A DNA stretch of 64,000 nt from Somniosus microcephalus (taxonomy: Eukaryota). Every line of letters begins with the position of its first letter. Positions within the stretch are counted from its first letter, which is position 1. Below are positions 38,701 to 48,899 of this stretch, one piece after another. The position numbers and the translations under genes were made by a program. The stretch covers positions 341,744,001-341,808,000 of the forward strand of contig CM126204.1 of assembly GCA_052327205.1 (NCBI GenBank). Reading direction: 5' to 3'. The notes beneath the pieces were generated by a model. That model ran no database searches, was not told the origin of the DNA, and was given only the letters and a program-made list of their open reading frames with translations.

Positions 38701-40387
38701 TGGCCCATTTGCTCACGCTCACAGGCTCCAGGACTCCATTCTCGACTAAGGCCTCCAAGTTAGCCTCAACTTTTGGCCTAATTGCATAGGGTACAGGTCG
38801 GGCTTTGTGAAACTTCGGCTTGCTGTCAGGTTTAATGTCCAGTCTCACGCTGATCTTTTTCATGCTCCCAAGTTCCCCATTGAAGAGTTCTGCATGTTTG
38901 TTTAACACTGCAGTCAGACCTGACTCCCCTTTTGACATCATGCGGACTGCAGGCCAGTCCAGCGTGATTTTCTCTAGCCACGCACGTCCCAGTAGCGATG
39001 GGTAATTTCCCTTTACCACATATAGTGGCAGTTTTGCAGTCTGTCCGTTCAATTTAACTGTCACCTCAATGACGCCTCTCATGGCCACAGGTTCGCCGGT
39101 ATACGTCTTTAGCACAATGTTTGTTGGCTGAAGGGTAAGATGCTTTAGCATTTTGTTGTAGACAGTGTCTGAAACAAGGGACACAGCCGCGCCTGTGTCC
39201 ACCTCCATCCGCACTGATTGTCCCTCCACCAGTGGTGACACCCAGTAGCCATTTGAATCACCTGCAACCGTCAGTATGTGCACCTCTTCCTCCTCAGAGG
39301 TGTCGCTCCCCTCTGTTTTGCTTGTTCCATCATACTGCACTGAATGAACACTCTTTTTCCTCTCTTGTCCAAATACAGACATTTTGCTTCCATGCTTCCC
39401 AGCTCTGTCTGTTCCTTTTTTTTACCTCTACAGGCGGGTTCAATGTGACCCTTTTTGCCACAATTTTGGCATTCCAGCTCCGTACACCAGCAGTCATTAG
39501 CGTGATGGCCCATTTTCCCACAATGGTAACATGTGCCGTTCCGCACACTTTTAGGCTCAGATGACACCTTGTGAACTCTCCCTGTTGAACTCAACTGGTG
39601 AGCCTCCTTTTCCGCCATCTCCATGGAGACACTAACTTCAATGGCCTTTTCAAGAGTAAGGTTGTCCTCAGTAAGAAGGCGCTTCTGTGTGGCTGCATTT
39701 TGCAGACTACACACGAGTCTGTCTCTAATGGTGTCCTTCAGCACCTCCTTGAACTCGCAGTGTTCTGATAACCTTTTTAAAGCAGCAATAAACATCGTCA
39801 CTGATTTCCCCTCCTCTTGATTCCGTTTGTGAAATCTAAATCTCTCAGCAATAACCAGAGGTTTTGGTGAAAAATGTGCTCCAAGAATTTCCACTAGTTG
39901 CTTATATGTTTTAGTTCCTGGCTTATCTGGCTGCACGAGGCTGCAAAGTAAATTGAATGTCTTCGGCCCGATTACACTCAAAAAGGTAGGCACGACCTTT
40001 TCATTTGCCACCGCGTTCGCCAATACAAAATAGTCAAAACGTTCCGTATATGCGCTCCATTGCTCCACATTTTCATCAAAATCACCGATGTTTCCTAATA
40101 TAGTAGCCATCTCACGTTTCAAATTAAAATTTCTGTTTACTCACTGCACCCGTAACGTACACAGATTCATCCGCTCCTCGTTGCCACTTGTTGTGTCGGT
40201 ACCTTTCTACCTAGACACAATTTAGGACTCAGAACTCAGAGATTCAAACATGAAGTGCTTTATTGGAAGGAAAGGAAGTTCTGGCAAGTTCCGAACAAAG
40301 AGAGCTAAACTTAACAGAGAACACCCAACCATTTATCTCCTGTGACAGCGCCACCACAGGTGGGAGGAGAACACACAATAGAACACA
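35757..40387 (-). mobile_element. Gypsy (Mag-like) LTR retrotransposon, near intact
   Basis: LTRs 35757-35967 and 40189-40387; TSD CCTAC; PBS tggcaacgagg; PPT agaggggaggaaa; gag with two CCHC knuckles, DTGAAVS, YLDD, RNaseH, integrase. Confidence 0.96.
36123..40110 (-). pseudogene. gag-pol with several frameshifts
   Basis: ORFs 39271-40122, 38681-39382, 37407-38708, 36753-37379, 36240-36719; ends RRYPVRERRPPRRLDL*. Confidence 0.9.
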
Positions 40388-41656
40388 CCTACCACATATT
40401 CGCAGCATAACTAAGATCGCCTATTTCCACCTCCGTAACATCGCCCGTCTCCGCCCTTGCCTCAGATCATCCGCTGCTGAAACCCTCATCCATGCCTTTG
40501 TTACCTCTAGACTTGACTATTCCAATGCACTCCTGGCTGGCTTCCTACATTCTACCCTACGTAAACATGAGGTGATCCAAAACTCAGCTGCCCCTGTCCT
40601 AACTCGCACCAAGTGCCGTCACCCATCACCCTTGTGCTCGCTGACCTACATTGGCTCCCAGTTAAACAACACCTCAATTTCAAAATTCTCATCCTTGTTT
40701 TCAAATCCCTCCATGGCCTCACCCCCCCCCCACATCTCTGTAATCTCCTCCAGCCCCACAGCCCCCCGAGATATCTGCGCTCCTCTAATTCTGCCCTCTT
40801 GAGTATCCCTGATTATAATTACTCCACCATTGGCGACCGTGCCTTCTGTTGCCTAGGCCCTAAGCTCTGGAATTCTCTGCCTAAACCTCTCTGCCTCGCT
40901 ACCTCACTTTCCTCCTTTAAGACGCTCCTTAAAACCTACCTCTTTGACCAAGCTTTGACCAAAATCGGCAGGGGTGAGCGGTGGCTCCTTTTTGGTGACA
41001 TTCTCTGGTGGTGCCTTTAAAGACCACTGGTTTGGCTGCTGTTCACCTGAGAAAACTGACAACAGTCAGTCACAAAGGGGCCTGAACTAAGCGTAAGGCC
41101 TTGGACGACTACAAGGTGACTTAACCAATATGCCTTGTGGCACATACCCAGTGTGGAATGAGCACACGCACGCTGCATGCTATATTGGAATGTCCAGTGC
41201 ACATTTTTCACCTGAAAAATGGCGCTGCATGATCCAATTTCTATGCCTATGTCTTGAATGGCTATTAAAGTTATCTTTGCCAACCTCCAGTCGCTCGCGT
41301 CCGCTGGTGCTTCAACTTCAAATTCTTCATCCGTATTTTCAAGTTTCTCCATGGCCTTACTTCACAGTATCTGTGGAATATTTTCCTGTCCTATGTTCCT
41401 ACACGCATCCTCTGCTTTTCCAGTTCTGGTCTACTCTGCATTCCCCCTTCCTTTGCAGCACCATTGGTGGCAAAGTTTTTAGCCACCATATTCCAACATA
41501 CTGTAATTGTCTTCCTAAAATTGCTCTTTCCTGACCTTCGAAGGCCTGTCAGAGCTTTCCTCTTCAACCACATCTTCGGTCCCCTCCCCTATGATTTCTC
41601 CTACTTTTTGCTCAGGTCCTCCAATCTCCTTGGATTGTTTCCTTTATATGAAAATA

Positions 41657-42110
41657 AAGAAAGATTTGCATTTATGTAGTGCCTTTCATGACCTCAGGAA
41701 ATCCCAAAGCGCTTAACAGCCAATGAAGTACTTTTGAAGTGTAGTCACTGTTGTAGTGTAGGAAGCACAGCAGCCATATTACACACAGCAAGGTTTTGTG
41801 AACAGCAATGTGATAATGACCAGAAAATCTGTTATAGGTTGGTTGAGGGATGAATATTGGCCAGGACACTGGAAGAGCACCTTTGCTCTTTTTCGAATAG
41901 TGCCTTTGAATCCTTTATGTTCACCTGAGAGGGCAGACTTGGCCTTAGTTTAACATCTCAGCTGAAGAACAGCACCTCTGACAGTGCTGCACTCCCTCAG
42001 TACTGCACTGAAGTGTCAAGCTAGATTTTGTGTTCAAGTCTTTGAAGTAGGACTTTAACCCATAGCCTTATAACTCAGAGGCAAGAATGCTACCACTGAG
42101 CCCCAGCTGA
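41657..42110 (-). mobile_element. Deu-SINE (SacSINE1/AmnSINE1-like)
   Basis: Minus strand ggctcagtggtagc...cagtgcagtactgagggagtgcagcactgtcagaggtgctg...ttggctgttaagcgctttggg...aaaggcactacataaatgcaa. Confidence 0.8.
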
Positions 42111-42386
42111 CACCAGATAAGTGCAAGTTGTTGTTGCAGTAGCTTATATGCTCAACCACATTTACATTTTCCTCCATGTAAGAACATAAGAACATAAGAA
42201 TTTGGAGCAGGAGTAGGCCATATGGCCCCTTGAGCCTGCTCCGCCATTCAATAAGATCATGGCTGGTCTTCGACCTCAACTCCACTTTCCCGCCCGATCC
42301 CCATATCCCTTGATTCCCCTAGAGTCCAAAAATCTATCGATCTCAGCCTTGAATATACTCAACAACTCAGCATCCACAGCCCTTTC

Positions 42387-42642
42387 TGTAGTGTATGTAA
42401 CTGTTCTACCTTTAAGAGAACTATTGTATGTAACCGTCCACCTTTAAGAGAACTATTTTAGGTGTGGCACTACTTTATCCTGGCTGCTGTATACTGTAAT
42501 ACCGACGGTGACCACACCGGTATATAAGTGCTGTGGCAGAATTTATTGGGCAGATTCGCCCTGACCTTCGAATAGTAAAGTCCTGTTTAAGTTACTCTTG
42601 TAGTCTGTGTATTACTTCGCTATACAACCCACAGACTTTACA
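42387..42642 (+). repeat. 5' LTR (256 bp)
   Basis: Matches 47008-47263 except two C>T changes at CpG; TATATAA box; internal ~33-bp duplication. Confidence 0.97.
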
Positions 42643-42643
42643 G

Positions 42644-42653
42644 TGGCGACGAG
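42644..42653 (+). promoter_or_regulatory. Primer-binding site, tRNA-Ser(GCT)-type
   Basis: TGGCGACGAG is complementary to ...CUCGUCG-CCA, the 3' end of vertebrate tRNA-Ser(GCT) as I recall it. Confidence 0.75.
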
Positions 42654-43955
42654 TTCGATCTTACCCTGCGGCAACAATACTTCTGAAGAAGTAAACGAGC
42701 GTCGAAAAGAGGCACCCGCCCTCGTCGTTTTGCTGAGAGAAAACTCGAGTCTGCAGACCAAGAAAGGAGGAAGATTTCAAATACGAAGTCTTCCATCAGC
42801 AACAGGCACGGATTGTCCCTTCTGCCACGGTGGTGAGTGAGCTGATCAACACGAGAAGCAAGTCGGCCACAGTGACTGTGAGTAAAGGGAAAATTAAAAA
42901 AAAATAAACGGAGGATAAGGGCAGTGAACTCGACCACGGTCGAGGGGGAAAGGAGCCGGACAGAAGTCGGGCCCAGGGGCGCTGAGACGGGGCAGTGTGG
43001 AGCACGGAAGCCGCGGTACAAGCGGGCTGGGGAGCGTTGTGAGACGGCTAGACCGCGACGGCGAAAAAGGCCGGACAACTACCGCGACCACGAGGCGCTG
43101 CGACCGGGATCGTAAGGCGCGGGAAGATATAAAAATAAATAAGCCACGGAGAACTCAGCCGCAGCCGGGGAGGAAAGCACCGGACTGCGAGAGGGCTGGG
43201 AGGCGCGATTGGAGCGAAAAAGGCCGGGCACCTACCGAGGCCGCGAGGCGCTGCGACCGGGATCATAAGGTGCGGAGGCAATAAATAAATAAATAACTAA
43301 ATAACCCGCGAAGAATCAGCCGCAGCCGGGGAGGAAAGGACCGGACTGCGGGAGGTCTGGGAGAGGCGTTTAAAGCCGCTGAGGGAGAGCCGCGCGAGCG
43401 GGAGAGACAGAGCCCGAGAGAGAGCGAGCGAGAGCCGAGCGAGCGGGAGAGACAGAGCCTGAGAGAGAGCGAGCGAGTGCCGCGTGAGCGGGAGAGACAG
43501 AGCCCGAGAGAGAGACCGAGCGAGGTTCCGGCCAGCGGCCTGCAGCAGCTGCCGTGAAGGACCAGGAGCTGGATCTGTCCGACGCCAACTGGTTGTCCCC
43601 AGCGCCGGTTGCCCCTGCCGAAAAGAAGAAGGGGGAACAAGGAACGCGATCGGCTTTTCTAGCGCGCGCTTCAGAATAAACTGAAGCCGGCGCACAGGCT
43701 ACAAACCCCGTAAACCAGCGGTCGTCGCCCAAGGGCAAAGCTTACCCCTCCCACCAGAGGAAGAAGTCAGGAGCGGGAAACCGCCATTTTGCCAGTAGGG
43801 GGGAAGAAGACAAGCGCAGGAAACCGCCATTTTGCCAGTAGGCGGGGAAGAAGACAAACGCGGGAAACCGCCATTTTTGGAAAAAAAAAAGAAAAAGTTA
43901 AAAAGTTAAAGAGAAATCCTGTTGTTTCGCAGAAAGATAGTGAGAGATAGTGAAG

Positions 43956-46607
43956 ATGCCTAAGCATGGTAACATCAACAACTTCGATGCCGAGGTGGAA
44001 GATTGGGCCACGTATGTAGAACGTATCGAGGTATATTGTGAGGCCAATAAAATAGAAGATGATGATAAAGCTATAACCTTGCTAAACTCGATGGGCGCGA
44101 AGACATACGGGTTATTGAAGCATCTTCTATCACCAGCTAAACCGGCGGATCAGACTTTCGATAATATTGTTGCTGTTCTGAAGGATCACTTGAACCCCAC
44201 ACCGCTGATGTTGGCGGAACGATTCAAATTTTATGCGAGAACGCAACGGAAAGAAGAAAGCAACGCGGAATACTTGGTCGAACTGCGTAGACTAGCGAAA
44301 TACTGCCAGTTTGGAGGAAATCTGACAAAGGCATTGCGAGACAAGTTCGTGTGCAGGCTGTCGAAGGAAGGAACGCAAAAGCGACTACTCGAAGAGAACG
44401 ACCTTACACTTGAGAGGGCTGTCCTTATTGCAGCATCGCACGAAGCCGCAGCGAAAGGAACTGCGGAAATGCAGCTAAAGGCAGCGGTACTCAGTGTGGA
44501 TCAAATTACTTCGGGTACAACGAAATGTTATCGTTGTGGGAAGACAACACACGACCAGAACCAATGCTTGTTTAAAAACCAGGAATGTAGAAAATGTGGC
44601 AAACTGGGTCACATAGCTAAAGTATGCCGGTCAGGAAAGAAGACCAACAACCAAAAAAAGCCATCACAGGGAAAGTACAACAAAGTACACAAGGTGGCTG
44701 AGAAGAGTTCAGACGAACAGAATTCGGATTCAGACCCAAACGGCCAGGAACTGGGTAGTCTGAGAATTCACAATGTGAGTAAGAAAGCTGACCTACAAAC
44801 TATCTGGGTCATGCTAAAAATAGCCGGAGTCCAAGTGAAAATGGAGTTGGACACTGGATCAGCCCTATCAGTCATAAATCGAAGGGATTACAACCGGCTA
44901 TTCTCACATATACCCTTGAGAGATACCAAGTTCGTATTGCAGACATACATGGGGCATAAAGTGTACCCCATGGGGAAGATAAGAGTCAAGGTGAGAGACA
45001 GGGGCAAAGAACACCCAGGAATGGACTTATATGTACTACCTGAGGGAGGACCACCACTTCTAGGACGGGAGTGGATCAAGAAAATAGACATGGAATGGCA
45101 CTACCTAAAAGCAATAACGAGTGAGGACTCGGTGCAGACAATCAGCTCAGACTCTGAAACGGATGACGATGAGACCAGCCCAAATATGAAAGACAAGTCT
45201 AAAATGAACTTGCTGACTGAGGTTAGAAAAACGAAGGCGTGCATAAAGGCTTATGCTCCAGAGGAGAACAAAGTTTCAGAACAGAATTCCACTGAACAAC
45301 AACAACATAGTTTGACAGAGAATTCTGAGTCTGTCCAGTTTACAGACATATACATTACTGAGGAACACCGAGCTCAAACTCAACTTTATTTCAAATTACA
45401 ACAGCAATTAGAACAATTGAGTTGCCATCTTGAGCAAGAGACAACAGCAATGAAAAAGTTCTTGGACACAGAGTGGGAGAATCTGGAAAGACAACAGAAG
45501 CAGCTGGGGGAGGAAATGGAGCAGGAGCACACAAACTGTCTGCGCGAGGAGGCCAAACGAATCAAAGCTGATTCGGTCTCTGAAGGTGCGTGCTCTAATC
45601 TAGTGGAGCAAGATGTTCAGCAACTGAAGGCGCTTGTTAGCAGGTTGCAGGCAGAAAAGGCTGATTTGGTCGCCATGAATTCCGAGCTCCTACTGAAGTC
45701 GGGTGCAGCATCACCGGACGATTCATTTGTGGAAATTCGAATGGTGGAGGCTGCGGATGATGGCGAAGTAGAAGCAGCAAAGGGACCCCAGTGCAAGGTT
45801 CTAAACAGCCCTGCAGCTAATGGGAAATGGATGATGGCAGAAGAGTTAACAGCCAGCCAACTCCTCCAGGGCAAGGTTATAAACAGCCCTGTAGTTAATG
45901 GAAAAGGGATGATGGCAGAAGAGTTAACAGTCAGCCAACTCATTCATATGCTGAGGGATAAAACTCTAAAATGGGAAAAACTTAAATACGAGCCTCAATC
46001 TTCAAAGGGAAGGGAGCTCTCAAAAGTCATTGGAAGAGCTGAGGTGGCAACCCAGACTGAGAAGTCTGCAGCAGAACAGCCCTTGGATGCCAAAAGTACG
46101 CTGACGCACGGAAATGTAGAACAACAGAATACTGAAACAGCTACTTCAGTAGAGGGATTGAATAGTCCGATCAATCAATCTCCGAATGAAGTTGAAGTAT
46201 TGAAATCACAAATGAGGTCATTAGTAAAAGACTTGCAGGAAGCCCAGAAAAAGCGGGATGAATCTGAACGCATGATGAAGTCTCTTCAGGACAGATGTCG
46301 GGATTTGGAACAAAAGTCGGCTAACGTCCAGCTGGGTAAGGAGGAAATAGAAGACCCTCTCGCTGGCCTAGCTCAGGACGACACCGAATATTACCATGAT
46401 CTGTTGAGTGGCACTGAATATTACGAGGACCTGGTCTGCCCAGCTTGTGCCGAGAACTCCCAAAGTGCCGAAATCAGGATGAATCACTTAAAGTCTAAGG
46501 AACATAGGGAGATGGTGGCGTTACAGCTGGCAGCTGACAATGGAGCTCCGAGAGTCTCCAAGAAGCAAAAAAAGGAAAAGACGAAGCAGAAGATGATAAC
46601 CATCTGA
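43956..46607 (+). CDS. Gag (two CCHC knuckles)-aspartic protease fused in frame to STK10/SLK-like coiled coil, optineurin fragment (LIR) and DNAJC21-like zinc finger; 883 aa from ATG
   Basis: [14 protein letters not shown] / [14 protein letters not shown]; LDTGSALS; [33 protein letters not shown]; [30 protein letters not shown]; [29 protein letters not shown]. Confidence 0.88.
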   Translation: MPKHGNINNFDAEVEDWATYVERIEVYCEANKIEDDDKAITLLNSMGAKTYGLLKHLLSPAKPADQTFDNIVAVLKDHLNPTPLMLAERFKFYARTQRKEESNAEYLVELRRLAKYCQFGGNLTKALRDKFVCRLSKEGTQKRLLEENDLTLERAVLIAASHEAAAKGTAEMQLKAAVLSVDQITSGTTKCYRCGKTTHDQNQCLFKNQECRKCGKLGHIAKVCRSGKKTNNQKKPSQGKYNKVHKVAEKSSDEQNSDSDPNGQELGSLRIHNVSKKADLQTIWVMLKIAGVQVKMELDTGSALSVINRRDYNRLFSHIPLRDTKFVLQTYMGHKVYPMGKIRVKVRDRGKEHPGMDLYVLPEGGPPLLGREWIKKIDMEWHYLKAITSEDSVQTISSDSETDDDETSPNMKDKSKMNLLTEVRKTKACIKAYAPEENKVSEQNSTEQQQHSLTENSESVQFTDIYITEEHRAQTQLYFKLQQQLEQLSCHLEQETTAMKKFLDTEWENLERQQKQLGEEMEQEHTNCLREEAKRIKADSVSEGACSNLVEQDVQQLKALVSRLQAEKADLVAMNSELLLKSGAASPDDSFVEIRMVEAADDGEVEAAKGPQCKVLNSPAANGKWMMAEELTASQLLQGKVINSPVVNGKGMMAEELTVSQLIHMLRDKTLKWEKLKYEPQSSKGRELSKVIGRAEVATQTEKSAAEQPLDAKSTLTHGNVEQQNTETATSVEGLNSPINQSPNEVEVLKSQMRSLVKDLQEAQKKRDESERMMKSLQDRCRDLEQKSANVQLGKEEIEDPLAGLAQDDTEYYHDLLSGTEYYEDLVCPACAENSQSAEIRMNHLKSKEHREMVALQLAADNGAPRVSKKQKKEKTKQKMITI

Positions 46608-47007
46608 ACCATTATTACCTCTACCCGATCACACACGTGGTCCCCCGAACGGAGCCAAATCAGTTGGAAGGTAGGAAAATTTCCCAAGGCAATCCAACTG
46701 TTTTTTTTGTTTGTTTTAAAAAGTCAGCAATGCTGGTTCAGAAGTGATGGAAGTAAAGCTGTTAAGTCTAGGGAAGGACTATGGGATGAGTCCCTCTAGC
46801 AAGGTGACCCGACTACACCACGGAGGCGTGGTCCGGACCGAGTCAAGAAGATCAGAGACTGAATCTGTGAACTGTTTCCCGCAGAGACTGAATCTGTGAA
46901 CTGTTTCCGCAGAGACTACCTCTGTGAACTGTTGTAACATGAAGTTGGATATGTTATGATGTTATGTTAATGGGGAATAAGTATGTTGTAAGCTAAAAAG
47001 GGAGGAT

Positions 47008-47263
47008 TGTAGTGTATGTAACTGTTCTACCTTTAAGAGAACTATTGTATGTAACCGTCCACCTTTAAGAGAACTATTTTAGGTGTGGCACTACTTTATC
47101 CTGGCTGCTGTATACTGTAATACCGACGGTGACCACACTGGTATATAAGTGCTGTGGCAGAATTTATTGGGCAGATTTGCCCTGACCTTCGAATAGTAAA
47201 GTCCTGTTTAAGTTACTCTTGTAGTCTGTGTATTACTTCGCTATACAACCCACAGACTTTACA
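47008..47263 (+). repeat. 3' LTR (256 bp)
   Basis: Direct repeat of 42387-42642, preceded by the PPT and followed by TSD CTTTC. Confidence 0.97.
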
Positions 47264-47487
47264 CTTTCGGGGAGAGAATTCCAAAGATTCACAACCCTCT
47301 GAGTGAAGAAATTCCAACTCATCTTAGTCTTAAATGGCTGACCCCTTATCCTGATACTATACCCCCTAGTTCTACACTCTCCATCCAGGGGAAACAACCT
47401 CTCAGAATCTACCCTGTCAATCCCCCTCTAGGCCTGCATGACTATTGTGTTCAGTCCAGTAAGGATTTGGCCAAAATGTAAAAGATT

Positions 47488-48172
47488 GGCCTAGAAATTC
47501 ACTGGCCTTAGCGCCGCTTTTGAGGCGCTAGAGGGCCTAGCGTCGAAGTTATGGCCAGTTTAGAAATTGACAGGGGCCCTAAATCGGCGTTAGGCCGGTA
47601 GCGCTGCGCCGGCACCGATGACGTCATCGGTGTGCGCAGTGTCCCGGTTGCCATGGTAACCCGCCCGAACTCGGAAATTGAGTTGCGGCCGCCTCGCCCG
47701 TGGCAGCCGCAAGCAACGTTCTGGCAGAGGTGCCTTACAGAACTTTGCGCCGGCGCATTAAAGGCCCCGCGGCGGCCGGCCGCTTTCCCGCCGGCCGCCT
47801 GGCCGCAGCTCCCTCCCCGGACTTCCCCCCCCCCCCCCCGGAACAGAAGCAAGCCCGGCACTTGTCCGAGGTGCCGGGCTCATTTTTAAAAAGATTATCG
47901 CGGGCCGCGGCCGGGTGCAGGCAGCTCCTCCTTAACGGAAGGAGGAGGCCTGCACTTCCCGAGCCTGCCGCACCGCAGCGGGCGCCGCAGCGCCGGAATA
48001 GCGCCGCAATGCGGCGCGTGGCGCCAGTTTTGAGGCGCTGAGACCCCTCAGTAGCGCCGGCAGCCGTTTGGGCGCGGCGCTACTGAATTTTTGGCACACG
48101 CAGGGGGACTTAGCGCCAGCACTAACTTCCGGCGCTAAAGCCCTCGCTGCGCCAAAACCAAATTTCTAGGCC
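47488..48172. mobile_element. CpG-rich Harbinger-like MITE
   Basis: Perfect TIRs ggcctagaaatt / aatttctaggcc. Confidence 0.8.
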
Positions 48173-48899
48173 AATGCATTGAATAGCCTGAACAAATGAG
48201 CTGGGCAAAATATCTTTGTGACATAATTTCATTAAATGTTTTAGAAGTGTGACACAATAGCTTATTCTGTTCAAGAATACATTATATAGCTATGAATATA
48301 AATAAATGTTGGCGAAAATCTAGACATGAAAAAAAACTGAACAACAAAGCCTCACTTGACTGATAAATTATACATTCCAGGATGTATTCTGCATAACCAT
48401 TAAACATCAAACCAGTTAAAGCAGATCTGACATTGCATTTCTTGTAAAACATCAATTTTAGGACTACATTCAAAGAGGTTTTAAGAAGAGCAAACTACTT
48501 GAGACAACTCTGTTGTGAAATAGTAACACAAGTGCCAATTATGATAAAACATCTCTGCCTTTTTTCATTAAAATCTCACTCAGTCAGCAGTATCCCTCTG
48601 GATCCAAACTATTGCCTACCTTATTCAAAAGGATATCAGGCATTTAAATATTTATTGGTTTCACTGTATGATTCTTACTGAGCAGGAGCAAAATGTAATA
48701 TTCGGTGATATTTATTGGAACTTGTATAGAGGTAAGCAAGGGAATCAGATTTTTGCATTTTAGCACAGACTGGGGATGTGTAAACCTCTGATGGTAGTGA
48801 AATTCCTCCTTCTTAAAATTTTGGTGCAAAAAAATCAGCTGGAGTACAACACCAGAGATACCACTTTGTATTCACATCTGACTTCAGTATTTACAAATT

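Larger units (their letters stand above)
35600..40957 (+). mobile_element. L2 LINE 3' fragment split by a Gypsy insertion (35600-35756 + 40388-40957)
   Basis: NIGKTEAIVFG, RNLGAIFD, AYFHLRNIARLR, HAFVTSRLDYSN, LHWLPV, KLWNSLP, FKTLLKTYLF. Confidence 0.9.
42387..47263 (+). mobile_element. Non-autonomous Mag-like Gypsy LTR element carrying captured host-gene fragments
   Basis: TG..CA LTRs 42387-42642 and 47008-47263; TSD CTTTC; PBS tggcgacgag; PPT aaaaagggagga; no RT, RNaseH or integrase. Confidence 0.95.
42179..47430 (-). mobile_element. CR1 3' end split by the LTR element (42179-42386 + 47264-47430)
   Basis: taagaacataagaa tail; catccacagccctttc|...|ggggagagaattccaaagattcacaacc is contiguous CR1 sequence. 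Confidence 0.88.

Noticed and set aside
42638-43738. Arg/Ser/Leu-rich ORFs on both strands
   Set aside because: Generated by tandem GA-rich repeats in the LTR leader.
43397-43880. Regularly spaced repeats resembling a CRISPR array
   Set aside because: Eukaryotic context; the units are tandem with no unique spacers.
45360-46595. Possibility that these are true host OPTN, STK10 or DNAJC21 exons
   Set aside because: They are partial, contiguous, fused to Gag and enclosed by LTRs with a TSD inside a CR1, so no gene symbol was assigned.
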